Origin: Myxococcota bacterium
Lineage (GTDB): Bacteria; Myxococcota_A; Polyangia; Nannocystales; Nannocystaceae
Length of the DNA stretch: 64,000 bases
Assembly (NCBI GenBank): GCA_039028615.1
Contig: JBCCHT010000003.1
Span: 384,001-448,000 of the forward strand
Direction of reading: 5' to 3'
Both the position numbers and the translations under genes were made by a program. The notes below the pieces were generated by a model. The model ran no database searches, was not told the origin of the DNA, and saw only the letters and a list, made by a program, of their open reading frames with translations. Below, one piece after another: positions 9,760-19,153 of this stretch; within the stretch, counting starts at the first letter, position 1; every line of letters begins with the position of its first letter.

Positions 9760-10910
9760 GCGATCCCCAGGACGACGACGTGGCTCTCAAGCTCCTACAT
9801 ACCGCCGACTGGCACCTCGGTCGGCGCTTCCCTCAGTTCCCCGACGATGTCGCGCTGGAGCTGATGCGAGCGCGGATGTCGGTCATCGATGCGATCCTCG
9901 GCGCCGCGGCGCACAACGAGGTCGATGCGGTGCTGTGTGCGGGTGACCTCTTCGATGCCCCGCAGCCCGACGAAGAGTGGTGGCGCCCGCTCGCGGACAA
10001 GCTCAGCCGCCACGCCAAGGCCGAGCGCCCCGTGGTGTTGCTGCCCGGCAACCACGACCCGCTGACTCCGGGCTCGGTCTATCACCCCGATCATCCCTTC
10101 GTGCACGCGCTGGGCGAGCACGTGCACGTGGTCGACCGCGACGACTTCACGCTCGCGCTGTCGCCCGAGGCCACGCTCTACGCTCGACCCTGCCGCAGCC
10201 GCGCCGAAGGCCTCGACCTGGCCATGGCCCTGCCCGAGCGCGAAGAGGGAGACACCTCGATCCGCATCGGCATGGTGCACGGCTCGACCTTCGACATGCC
10301 GGAGTTCCAGACCAACTTCCCCATCGCCAAGGATGCGGCGGTGAAGCGGGGCTTCGACTACCTGGCCATCGGGGATACGCATGCCTATCGCGTCTACGAC
10401 CCGCCGGAGTCGCCCACCGTGTACCCCGGGGCCCCCGAGCCCACGACCTTCGGTGAGCGCGACGTCGGGCATGTCGCGCTGGTGTTCTTCGGCCGTCGGC
10501 GTCGGCGGCCGCTGATCCGACCCGAGCGGGTGGCTCGCTTCGTGTGGGAGGAGCGGGTGATCGAGGACCTGCCCGCGCTGCGGAGGCTTCGCGACGAAGA
10601 CCTGCGACGGACCGTGCTGCGCCTGGTGCTGCGCCTGCGCGTGAGCCCGGCCGAGCGCGACGAGGTCGACGAGATCCTCCAGGCGTTGTCGGGGACCTCC
10701 TCGCGACACGGGCAAGCGGCGGTGCTCCAGGTCGACGGCAGCGGGCTGCAGCTCGACGCCTCCGATCTCGGCGATGCCCTCGAGGGGCTGCCCCAGGTGC
10801 TCACCGAGACGGCGGAGCGACTGCGGGCCCAGGCGGCCGAGCCCGGCGAAGAAGGAGAGCTGGCCCAGCGGGCGCTCTATCACCTCTACCGCCTGGTGAG
10901 GTCGGGCTGA
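9756..10910 (+). CDS. Mre11/SbcD-like metallophosphoesterase nuclease (YhaO-type)
   Basis: HTADWHLG, AGDLFD, PGNHD, HG and GDTH motifs; ATGA overlap with the helicase. Confidence 0.9.
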   Translation: MSDPQDDDVALKLLHTADWHLGRRFPQFPDDVALELMRARMSVIDAILGAAAHNEVDAVLCAGDLFDAPQPDEEWWRPLADKLSRHAKAERPVVLLPGNHDPLTPGSVYHPDHPFVHALGEHVHVVDRDDFTLALSPEATLYARPCRSRAEGLDLAMALPEREEGDTSIRIGMVHGSTFDMPEFQTNFPIAKDAAVKRGFDYLAIGDTHAYRVYDPPESPTVYPGAPEPTTFGERDVGHVALVFFGRRRRRPLIRPERVARFVWEERVIEDLPALRRLRDEDLRRTVLRLVLRLRVSPAERDEVDEILQALSGTSSRHGQAAVLQVDGSGLQLDASDLGDALEGLPQVLTETAERLRAQAAEPGEEGELAQRALYHLYRLVRSG

Positions 10911-10913
10911 CCC

Positions 10914-13900
10914 ATGCGCCTGCTGTCGATCGGCGTGCGCAGCTTCGGCTGCATCGAGGAGGCCAAGCTCGAGCTGCGGCCGGGCCTCAACGTGCTCTAC
11001 GGCCCCAACGACCTGGGCAAGTCGACGCTGGTGCATGCGATTCGGGCCGCGCTGTTGCTGCCGACCTCGCGCCGCGAGGCCGAACGCTTTCGTCCCTGGC
11101 ACCGCGACGTCACGCCCGAGGTCACGCTGGCCTTCGAGGCGCCAGACGAGCCTGGCTCCGATCGTCCGCCGCGGATCTGGCGGGTACGCAAGAGCTTCGG
11201 GGCGGGGCGCAAGGGCAGCGCCGAGCTGCACTGGTCCAACGACGGCGAGCACTTCTCCGTCGAGCAAAAGGGCGATGGCGTCGACGACAAGCTCCGCACG
11301 ATGCTGGGCTGGGGCGTGCCGGGGGCCCGGGCTCGAGGCCCTCGGGGTTTCCCGAGCTCGTTCCTCACCACGGTGCTGCTCGGCCCGCAGGCGGTGCCCG
11401 GCTCGATGCTGGGCAATAGCCTCGACGACGACCCCACCGACTCGGGCCGCGAGCGACTGACCGAGGCGCTGCAGGCCCTGGCGCAGGACCCCCGCTTCAA
11501 GGAGATCCTCGACGAGGCCCAGCGCAAGGTCGACGAAGCGTTCACGCCGACGGGTAAGCCTCGCAAGGGCAAGGCCTCGCCGCTGTCGCCGATCAAGCAG
11601 CGCATTCGCGAGCTCAGCGAAGAGCTTCGCCTGCAGCAAGAGCGCGTGCACGACAGCGACGACGTGCGCCAGCAGCTGCTCGCATTGGACCTCGAGCGCA
11701 TCGAGGCGGTGGCGGCTCGAGACGACGCGGAGAAGCAGTGGCAGCGGCAGCAGGCGCTGTTCGAGCGGGGACGGCAGCGGGCTGAGGCGCTGGCCCAGGT
11801 GCAGGAGGCCCGCGAGGCCCTCGAGCGCGGGCAGGCGGTGCTGGCCGATCGGCGGACGTGGCAGGAGGCGGTCGAGCGCCACATGCAGGGGCGGCCGGCG
11901 GCGGACGGCGCGTTGCTGCGGGCGGGTGAGGTCGAGCAGGCGGCGGCCCAGACCTTCGCCGAGGCCGAGGCCCACCTGCGGGCGATCGAGCAGGGGGGCG
12001 ACGCGGAGGCGAAGCTCGAGCGCCAGCAGCTCGAGACCCGACGACTGCAGCTCAAGGCCGAGCACGCGCAGGTCCACGAGCGACTGCGGCTGGCCGAGGA
12101 GGCCCTGGAAAAACGAGCCGAGGTCGAGACGGTGGCCGAGGCTCGCGATGCGCTGGCCCAGGACCTGGCCGCGAGCGAGCGGGCGGCCACCGATGCCGAG
12201 GCGGTGCGGCGCGAGGCCGACGCAGAGCAGCGGCTCTACGATGCGGCTTTGCGCCTGCGTCGCTACGAAGAGGCGGAGCAGCGGGTCGCCCATGCGCAGG
12301 AGGCCGAAGCGGAGGCCAACCGCTCGGTCGAAGAGGCGGAGAAGCTCGAGGCGCAGGCGCAAGCGATCGACGAAGCGGTGGCGGCCGAGGCCTTGCCGGA
12401 GCCGAGCGAGATCGATGGCTGGCGGGCGCTCGCCGAGGAGCGACGCATCGCCCAGGCGCGGCTGGAGGTCGGGCTCTCGGTCGTCGTGCACGGGACCCCG
12501 CCCGCGCAGGTGCAGGCGCGTGCCGACGACGGGGCCGAGGCGGTGGCCGAGCCGGGGCAGGCGATCGAGGCTCAGCGACGACTGTCGTTGGCGATGGGAC
12601 CGGACCTGCGGATCGAGATCGAAGGCGGGGACGCGAGCGCACGGGCGACCCGGGACGCGCTCGAGCAGCGCTGGGTCGACGAGGTCGCGCCCGTGCTGGT
12701 GCGCGTGGAGGTCGAAGATCTGGCCGGGCTGCGGGCGCGCATGGACAGCGCGCGGCAACGGCAAGCCGAGGCTCGCCAGCTCCGCGACAAGGCGGTGAGC
12801 ACCCGGCAGCTGGCCGAGGCCCGACGCGAGCGAGCGGTGGAGCTTCCTGCGCTGCGCGAGGCCCTGCAGGCCAGTCAAAACGCGCTCGCGGGGCTCGATC
12901 GCGCGCTGCTGCAAGAGCGGACGGGCGACTACGACGAGACCGAGCTGCGTCGTCGTCAGGCGCATGCCCAAGCGCGGGTCGACGAGGCTCGACATACGCA
13001 CGCGCAGGCCAAGTCGCGGTCGGCCCGCCTCGAGAGTCAAAAGGCCGCTCAGACCGAGCGTCACGACCGACTCGCCGCCGAGCTGGCCACGGTGCTGGCG
13101 CGCCTGCCCGGTTCGCCCGTCAGCGAGCGCGATACCGCCTTCGATCGCTTGGCTGCGCTCGAGGGGGAGATCGAGACGGTGGACGCCGAGCTGGCCGAGC
13201 ACGACGAGGCCCGGGCCCGTCGTCGTTCCGAGGCCGAGGCGGCGGTCAACGAGGCGCAGACCCAGGTCGATCAGGCTCGGCTGGCGACGTCGCTGGCCCG
13301 CCGTGAACTCGACGAGCGCAAGGAGGCCCTCGCTCAGGCAGAGGGGCGGCACGCACAGCTCGAGAGCCAGGCCGCCCAGATCGACGAAGCGGCGCTGAAG
13401 CGGGAGCTCGAAGAGCGACAGGCGGCGCTGAGCGAGCGGCCGGAGCCCCAGGAGACGGTCAGCGCGGAGTCGCTGGCTGAAGGCGAGCGGGCCTGGCAAC
13501 AACAGCAGCAGGCGCTGCGCGAGATCGAGGCCGCGCTCGAGCAACAACGCGGCGCGCTCAAGCAGGTCGGCGGCGCGGTGGCTCGCGAGGAAGCGGAGCG
13601 CACTCGGGAGGCGCTCGAGGCCACCAAGCAGGCCGAGCACGATCTCGAGCTCGACTACGAAGCGTGGCGCCTGTTGGCCCAGACCCTGCGTGAAGCGGAG
13701 ACGGCCGAAGGACGGCATCTCGGCGAGGCGCTGGGCGAGCCCGTGCACGAGCGCTTCGCCCAGCTCACGGGAGAGCGCTACGGGGCCCTGTCGCTGGGAC
13801 GCGACCTGCAAGCGGGGGGCCTCGAGGTGGCGGGGGAGCTGCGCGACGTCAAGGCGCTGTCCGAAGGCGTGCAGGATCAGCTCGCGACCATCCTGCGCCT

Positions 13901-14156
13901 GGCGGTGGCCGAGCAGCTCGGCTCCGCGCTGGTGCTCGACGATCACCTGGTGCAGACCGATCCGGCTCGCATCGCGTGGTTTCGCGAGCTGCTGGTCGAC
14001 GTGGGGCAGCGGGCCCAGATCCTCGTGCTCACGTGCCGCCCCGAGGACTACCTGGGGGCCGACGAGCGCCCGGCCGAGGGCGAGGCCTCGCGGGACAGCG
14101 ACGCGGTGCGGGCGGTGAGCCTGGCCTCGGTTATTCGGCGGGCCGGGAGCACCTAG
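10914..14156 (+). CDS. Rad50/SbcC-like coiled-coil ABC ATPase (YhaN-type)
   Basis: Walker A GPNDLGKST, long coiled coil, signature LSEG, Walker B LVLDD; 3-nt gap after the nuclease gene. Confidence 0.9.
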   Translation: MRLLSIGVRSFGCIEEAKLELRPGLNVLYGPNDLGKSTLVHAIRAALLLPTSRREAERFRPWHRDVTPEVTLAFEAPDEPGSDRPPRIWRVRKSFGAGRKGSAELHWSNDGEHFSVEQKGDGVDDKLRTMLGWGVPGARARGPRGFPSSFLTTVLLGPQAVPGSMLGNSLDDDPTDSGRERLTEALQALAQDPRFKEILDEAQRKVDEAFTPTGKPRKGKASPLSPIKQRIRELSEELRLQQERVHDSDDVRQQLLALDLERIEAVAARDDAEKQWQRQQALFERGRQRAEALAQVQEAREALERGQAVLADRRTWQEAVERHMQGRPAADGALLRAGEVEQAAAQTFAEAEAHLRAIEQGGDAEAKLERQQLETRRLQLKAEHAQVHERLRLAEEALEKRAEVETVAEARDALAQDLAASERAATDAEAVRREADAEQRLYDAALRLRRYEEAEQRVAHAQEAEAEANRSVEEAEKLEAQAQAIDEAVAAEALPEPSEIDGWRALAEERRIAQARLEVGLSVVVHGTPPAQVQARADDGAEAVAEPGQAIEAQRRLSLAMGPDLRIEIEGGDASARATRDALEQRWVDEVAPVLVRVEVEDLAGLRARMDSARQRQAEARQLRDKAVSTRQLAEARRERAVELPALREALQASQNALAGLDRALLQERTGDYDETELRRRQAHAQARVDEARHTHAQAKSRSARLESQKAAQTERHDRLAAELATVLARLPGSPVSERDTAFDRLAALEGEIETVDAELAEHDEARARRRSEAEAAVNEAQTQVDQARLATSLARRELDERKEALAQAEGRHAQLESQAAQIDEAALKRELEERQAALSERPEPQETVSAESLAEGERAWQQQQQALREIEAALEQQRGALKQVGGAVAREEAERTREALEATKQAEHDLELDYEAWRLLAQTLREAETAEGRHLGEALGEPVHERFAQLTGERYGALSLGRDLQAGGLEVAGELRDVKALSEGVQDQLATILRLAVAEQLGSALVLDDHLVQTDPARIAWFRELLVDVGQRAQILVLTCRPEDYLGADERPAEGEASRDSDAVRAVSLASVIRRAGST

Positions 14157-14686
14157 TGGTCGCCGAGGATCCGGCCTGGGTCGTCGCCATCGACGTCGAC
14201 TATCGCGACGACCAGGGGCAGGCGGCCACGGCCGGGGTCTGCTTCACCGACTGGCGGGCGGCCGAGCCCACGCACGAGGCCACCGTGCTCGTCTCCGGGG
14301 TCCAGGCGTATGTCCCGGGGGACTTCTATCGTCGCGAGCTGCCGTGCATCCTCGAGCTGTTGCGGGCGCTCGAGCACGAGGTCGGCATGGTGGTCGTGGA
14401 TGGCTATGTCTGGCTGTCCGAGGACGGCCGGCCCGGCTTGGGGGCGCACGTCTACGAGGCTCTGGGGCGTCGCGTGCCCGTGGTGGGCGTGGCGAAGAAC
14501 TCGTTCGCCGGGTCGCCCATGGCCATCGAGGTACGACGCGGACAGAGCCAGCGCCCCTTGTTCGTGACCACTGTGGGGGTGGAGGCCGAAGAGGCGGCGC
14601 GATGGGTGGAGTCGATGCACGGGCCCTACCGGATCCCCACCTTGCTCAAGCGCGTCGATGCCCTGGCGCGAGCGTACCCGCGCTGA
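14156..14686 (+). CDS. Endonuclease V family protein
   Basis: AIDVDY, YVPG wedge, RRELP, VVDGY, GVAK and PLFVT motifs; GTG overlaps the upstream TAG by 1 nt. Confidence 0.8.
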   Translation: MVAEDPAWVVAIDVDYRDDQGQAATAGVCFTDWRAAEPTHEATVLVSGVQAYVPGDFYRRELPCILELLRALEHEVGMVVVDGYVWLSEDGRPGLGAHVYEALGRRVPVVGVAKNSFAGSPMAIEVRRGQSQRPLFVTTVGVEAEEAARWVESMHGPYRIPTLLKRVDALARAYPR

Positions 14687-14724
14687 ACCCCGGCGTCCGC
14701 TGCCGCGTGTGGTAGGTCTAGATC

Positions 14725-15522
14725 ATGGTGGTCGATCGAAGCGTCGTCGCGTGGGGCTTGGTGGCGATGCTCGGCGCGTGCGGACCCAGCGTGGGTGACG
14801 GGACTCCGACCCAGAGCACGGGCAGCGCGACCGAGACGACCGCGGGCTCTTCGGGCCCGGGCCAGACCGGCGGCATGGAGGGGTCGAGCACGCTCGGCCT
14901 CGACTCGTCGGGCGGCTCCGTCGACACGGGGGCGCCACCTCTGCCCAGCACCTGCCCGGCCGAGGCCGACCTCCAGAGCGGAGAGTGCCCGTCGCAGGGC
15001 GAGACCTGTGCGCACGGTGACTTCGCGTGCCAGTGCGTCTGCGGCTGCGAGGCCCCCGCGCCCGGCGAGCAGGGCTGGTACCAATGCGACTATGCCCGCC
15101 TGGACGCGTGGACGGCCGAAGATGTCGCCGTGCATCTGGACTGCGATGCGGGGACGATTCGCTCGACGGTCTCGTCCGTCTTCGACAACGCCGATGGTGC
15201 CTCGGCCGTCGACATCGTAGTGCAGACGCCCGGGGGCTACTTCATGGTCCCTCGCGGGGGCACCGAGGAGACGATCTGCGGAGGGCTCTGCGTCAACGGC
15301 AACCGCTGCCCCGAATATCCGAGCTCGATTCCCTTCGGCGGGTTCGAGGCGCTCGACTACGACTTCGAAGCGCGGCCCTGCGATCGTCTAAGCCCGAGCG
15401 CGTGCGGAGAGTTCTGCGGCGGCATGGCCGACTTCACCATTCGCGGCTCGATCGAGATCGACGGCATCGTTGCTTCCCTCGGGCCGCTGAACGTGACGGG
15501 CGCGCCGATCGTGTGCGACTGA
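14725..15522 (+). CDS. Cys-rich lipoprotein
   Basis: Lipobox LGAC, Ser/Thr/Gly linker, many Cys. Confidence 0.7.
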   Translation: MVVDRSVVAWGLVAMLGACGPSVGDGTPTQSTGSATETTAGSSGPGQTGGMEGSSTLGLDSSGGSVDTGAPPLPSTCPAEADLQSGECPSQGETCAHGDFACQCVCGCEAPAPGEQGWYQCDYARLDAWTAEDVAVHLDCDAGTIRSTVSSVFDNADGASAVDIVVQTPGGYFMVPRGGTEETICGGLCVNGNRCPEYPSSIPFGGFEALDYDFEARPCDRLSPSACGEFCGGMADFTIRGSIEIDGIVASLGPLNVTGAPIVCD

Positions 15523-15659
15523 ATCGGCGGGCCATCGACCGTGTTTCAATTCGGTTCGGTCGATGTTCCCGTGCATCGAGTCGCGTGTGACGGGGCGGCC
15601 CCGGGGCCCTTGCCGTCCGTGGTTTGACCCTCCCCACCGTGCGTGACAAGGTCCGCGCC

Positions 15660-16685
15660 ATGGATCGTCTTACGCATACTGGCTTGCTGTTGTTAGTGTT
15701 GAGCGCCGGTTGTTTCACCGACGAGCCGACCCTCTCCGGCGGTGATGAGGGGTCGTCCGGAACCACGACGGCGGCGTCCACGGGGGAGCCCAGCGCCGAC
15801 GTCTCGACCGACGGCGGGACCACCATGGCCGGAGGCTCGGGCAGCGAGGGGCCCGTGCCCACGAGCGACGGCGGAGGCCCCTGTGACGTCGGCCAGCAAT
15901 GCCTGCCCATCCCCGCCGGATGGCAGGGCCCTTTCGCCGTCGAGAGCGGCACGACCTCGCAGTGCGACGACACCAGCATCGCGGCCGCATTCGTCGGGGT
16001 GACGGCCGAGTTCGACGACGAGTGCTCGTGCAACTGCAACCCCGCCGCGCCCAGCGAGTGCGTGGTCGAGTACCTGGTCGGCGGCAACCCAGAGGCCTGC
16101 CGCGACAACGACGAGGTCGCCGAGCGCTGCACCTTTGCCCTCCCCGGCGGTCCCCTGAGCTGCGACCTGACGGCCGATGGCTGCTTCGAGCCCGACGGCG
16201 ATTTCGTCACCATGCAGAGCCAGCAGCTGTGCACGGGCGGGGTCGGCTCCGAGGTCACGCCCGCCTGGACCAGCGGCCATCGGTTGTGCACGGCCCTCGA
16301 GGCGGTGGGCGAGGCCTGCGAGGGCGGCCAGTGTGCCGACGATGCCAGCCCGCTGTGCATCTTCGTGGAAGGCGACGAGGTGGCCGAGTGTCCCGCGGCG
16401 TTCCCCGAGCGCATCGAGGGGCACCAGTCCTTCGGCGAAGAGCAAGTGGCCTGCGAGTGCCGCTGTGTCGATCCGGCGGAGTGTGCCTACATGACCTGGT
16501 TCGAGAACGGCGTCTGCACGGGCACCGAGGGCGACGACGATCCGGTGTGCAGCGCCCCCTCGGGCGCGCTGCAGATCGTGCCCTTCGTCGAGGCGGGGCA
16601 GGGCTGCCAGTCGGCACCGCTGATGGCCGATCCTCCGCTGCCCTTCGCCGACCCGATCACCGTGTGCTGCACCGCCGCGCCGTAG
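15660..16685 (+). CDS. Cys-rich lipoprotein
   Basis: MDRLTHTGLLLLVLSAGC lipobox, S/T/G linker, more than 20 Cys, PAGWQGP motif. Confidence 0.75.
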   Translation: MDRLTHTGLLLLVLSAGCFTDEPTLSGGDEGSSGTTTAASTGEPSADVSTDGGTTMAGGSGSEGPVPTSDGGGPCDVGQQCLPIPAGWQGPFAVESGTTSQCDDTSIAAAFVGVTAEFDDECSCNCNPAAPSECVVEYLVGGNPEACRDNDEVAERCTFALPGGPLSCDLTADGCFEPDGDFVTMQSQQLCTGGVGSEVTPAWTSGHRLCTALEAVGEACEGGQCADDASPLCIFVEGDEVAECPAAFPERIEGHQSFGEEQVACECRCVDPAECAYMTWFENGVCTGTEGDDDPVCSAPSGALQIVPFVEAGQGCQSAPLMADPPLPFADPITVCCTAAP

Positions 16686-16743
16686 CGGACCACGAACCAA
16701 AAGACACGGGCCACGACACCGAGGTGTCGAGGCCCGTGAACCC

Positions 16744-16774
16744 CGCCCGCCGTGAAGGGCACATGCGGCGGGCG
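16744..16774. terminator. Hairpin between convergent genes
   Basis: cgcccgccg ... cggcgggcg 9-bp inverted repeat. Confidence 0.4.
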
Positions 16775-16803
16775 TATGCGTGTGTTGATCGGAAGGAAGT
16801 CGA

Positions 16804-17880
16804 TTAGTCGCGGCGGACGCGTCGGACCTTGCGCACGGTGTGGTGCTCCCGGTGGTTGCGGCGATCGAGTCGCACGGGGATGCCCACGGTGACGCCGGCC
16901 AGCACGCTCATGCCGGTATTGGAGTAATCGGGAAGGTTCTCGAACTTGCGGCGGGCGCTCCACAGCTGCATCACCTCGGCGTTGAGGGCGATGTAGTTGC
17001 TGATCCGCACCTCGAGGCCGGCGTGGAGCTCGAAGCCCACCCGGGCGCTCGCGTCGACCAGCGCGGCCTGCTGCGAGCGCTGGTAGTTCAGCCGCAGGAC
17101 GTCGAGGCCGAAGCCGAGGCCGGCGTAGGGGCGCACGGGGAACTCGTCGAAGAGGTAGACATTGCCGCCGAGGAACAGGGGCACCGAGGTGTAGTCGAGG
17201 CTGCGGGCCTGGCCGGCGGAGAAGCCCGCCTCGCCCGGATCGAAGCGCACGCGGCCTTGCTCGAAGCCGGTGCGGAAGTAGCCGACGAAGCGCGGGTACT
17301 GCCAGGTGCCGCCGGTCTCGAACCACTGGAGCTTGAGGTCCATGCCCTTGACGAAGCCGCAGGCGGTCTTGCCCGCCGGGTCGGCGCAGGCCTTGAACTG
17401 GTTGGCGCGAAGGCGGCCGTCGGAGGTCGAGACCACCCCGCTGGCGCCGACGGGCGAGAACACGGCGCTCGCCTGCAGTCCCATCCACGTGATGTCGCGG
17501 TGGTGGTGGTGATGCTCTTCGATGATCTCCTCGACGTACTCGTCATCGTCGTCATCGTCGTCGTCGTCATCGTCGCTCTCGACGATCACCACCGCTTCAT
17601 CGCCGTCGACGATCTCCACGACCTTCTTGGTCTCGCCGTCCTCCTCGGTCTCGGTGACCTTGACGATCGGCGCGTCGCCGTCGTCGTTCTTGATCTCGAC
17701 CGTCTTCGTGGTCTCGCCGTCTTCGTTGGTCTCGACGGTGATCTCGACGGGGCCGGCCTCGGTGGACTCGACGACCACCGCTTCGTCGCCTTCGCCATCC
17801 GACGCGAACGCGGGGGTGGAAGCGGCAGTGAGCGTCAGGAGCGCGGCGGTGGCGGGCAGGGTGAAGCTGGCAAGTCGCAT
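16804..17880 (-). CDS. Secreted protein: acidic/His-rich N-terminus plus probable outer-membrane beta-barrel
   Basis: Signal peptide ending AFA; D11 and H5 tracts; alternating beta strands (RPYAGLGFG, FELHAGLEVRI, LAGVTVGI). Confidence 0.7.
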   Translation of the reverse strand: MRLASFTLPATAALLTLTAASTPAFASDGEGDEAVVVESTEAGPVEITVETNEDGETTKTVEIKNDDGDAPIVKVTETEEDGETKKVVEIVDGDEAVVIVESDDDDDDDDDDDEYVEEIIEEHHHHHRDITWMGLQASAVFSPVGASGVVSTSDGRLRANQFKACADPAGKTACGFVKGMDLKLQWFETGGTWQYPRFVGYFRTGFEQGRVRFDPGEAGFSAGQARSLDYTSVPLFLGGNVYLFDEFPVRPYAGLGFGLDVLRLNYQRSQQAALVDASARVGFELHAGLEVRISNYIALNAEVMQLWSARRKFENLPDYSNTGMSVLAGVTVGIPVRLDRRNHREHHTVRKVRRVRRD

Positions 17881-17986
17881 GGGGACAGTTCCTCGTCGGG
17901 TTCGAGGTCCCCTATTCGCGACCCGCCACGGCGGGTTGAAAAAAGTGCTCGCGGGATCGCCGCTGCCTGAAAACGGCGCTCGAGGG

Positions 17987-18313
17987 CTATGGGAAGCGCT
18001 CGACGAAGGCGTGGATGGCTGCCGTAGCCGCCTCGCTCTGGCCGTTTTCGACCGCGTCGCGGCGCGGGATCTGCTCGACGATTGTGTCCAGCTCGGCCTT
18101 CATGGCCTCGAAATCGCGGTCGGCGGCCTCGCGGTTGGGGCAGCAGCGGGTGTGCATCATCCAGCCGTAGACCCCGCAGGTGATGGAAAACGGAGCCAAG
18201 ATCCCGCCCTCTTCGAGGGTGATGCGGGCGCCCGTCGTCTGTTCGTCGCGCCGGATCACGCCGCCGTCGCTGCCCGTCTCGTCCGGGCTGAACACATCGA
18301 TCCAGTGGGCCAC
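17987..18313 (-). CDS. Small hypothetical protein
   Basis: GTG 7 nt after the upstream stop; globular sequence GSDGG...GARITLE...ITCGVYGWMMHT...FVERFP. Confidence 0.65.
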   Translation of the reverse strand: MAHWIDVFSPDETGSDGGVIRRDEQTTGARITLEEGGILAPFSITCGVYGWMMHTRCCPNREAADRDFEAMKAELDTIVEQIPRRDAVENGQSEAATAAIHAFVERFP

Positions 18314-18320
18314 GCCGCCC

Positions 18321-19031
18321 TCAGGGCGGGAGCTCGACCGGCCACCCGAGAATGAAGTGTCGCGCCGCTCGTCGAAAGCTCTCGTCGTCGGCGAACACCT
18401 GGTGCAGCGCGTCCGAGAGGAACGGGGCGGCACCCGCATGCGTATGGGTGCCGTCGCCCACCAGCGCGGCCAGCCACTGCACGAGCTGCGCAATTTCGGC
18501 GGCGATGGGAGTCTCGGATGGCAACCCGCTGCGGCTGCCCATCGACCACCCCGACAAGAACGCCAGCAGCTCGTCCATCGAGCCGTGCGCGGTGAACATC
18601 GTGGGGCGGCGGAACAGCAGCATGAGGTTCGACGGCATGGCCGGGGTCTCGCGCCACTGCGAACGGTCGAGCACCATCATGCCCCCCTGAAAGGGAACGT
18701 AGGTGTGCGGCAGGAACAGGTCGTCGTTCTCGGGCGACCACGGCGGAGTCATCGTCAGCCAGAAGTCGCCTTCGAGCCGCTCTTCGACCGATTGCTCTCG
18801 TACCGGATCGCTCTGAATCTCGTAGCGCAGCAGCTGAAGCCGATGCTCCGCCGACAGCTCGTAGACCGAGATGTAGCCCGCCCAGTTGTCGGAGGACTGG
18901 CGGATGTCGCCGTCGAGAGCTGGCGCGGCCTCGAACCGGTAGTCGTCGCCGCCCAGCGAGATGTCACCGGTCACGACATTGTGCAATTCGAGCCCGGCGA
19001 GCTCCGCGATGGGCACTCGTTGCAACAACAC
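18321..19031 (-). CDS. Hypothetical protein (possible upstream ATT start at 19052)
   Basis: 236-aa ORF with protein-like composition; fills the gap between neighbours. Confidence 0.6.
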   Translation of the reverse strand: MLLQRVPIAELAGLELHNVVTGDISLGGDDYRFEAAPALDGDIRQSSDNWAGYISVYELSAEHRLQLLRYEIQSDPVREQSVEERLEGDFWLTMTPPWSPENDDLFLPHTYVPFQGGMMVLDRSQWRETPAMPSNLMLLFRRPTMFTAHGSMDELLAFLSGWSMGSRSGLPSETPIAAEIAQLVQWLAALVGDGTHTHAGAAPFLSDALHQVFADDESFRRAARHFILGWPVELPP

Positions 19032-19153
19032 ATCTGGGCGTTGCGTCGTAATGGCCGGACTCTACCACGGCACAATGGGCTCCAGCCGTGTGCGGAAGTT
19101 GCCGACGAACACTCACGTTTCTTCGCGCGGGTGACGATGGCCAAAGCGTGCCA

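Noticed and set aside
9795..13946. 1383-aa minus-strand ORF
   Set aside because: Antisense shadow of the nuclease/ATPase genes; high-GC codon bias suppresses stops; no motifs
6682..14686. Assigning the operon to DISARM, Zorya, Lamassu, Wadjet or type III R-M
   Set aside because: Required partners (methylase, DrmAB, ZorAB, LmuA/C, JetABD, Mod/Res) are not visible in the window
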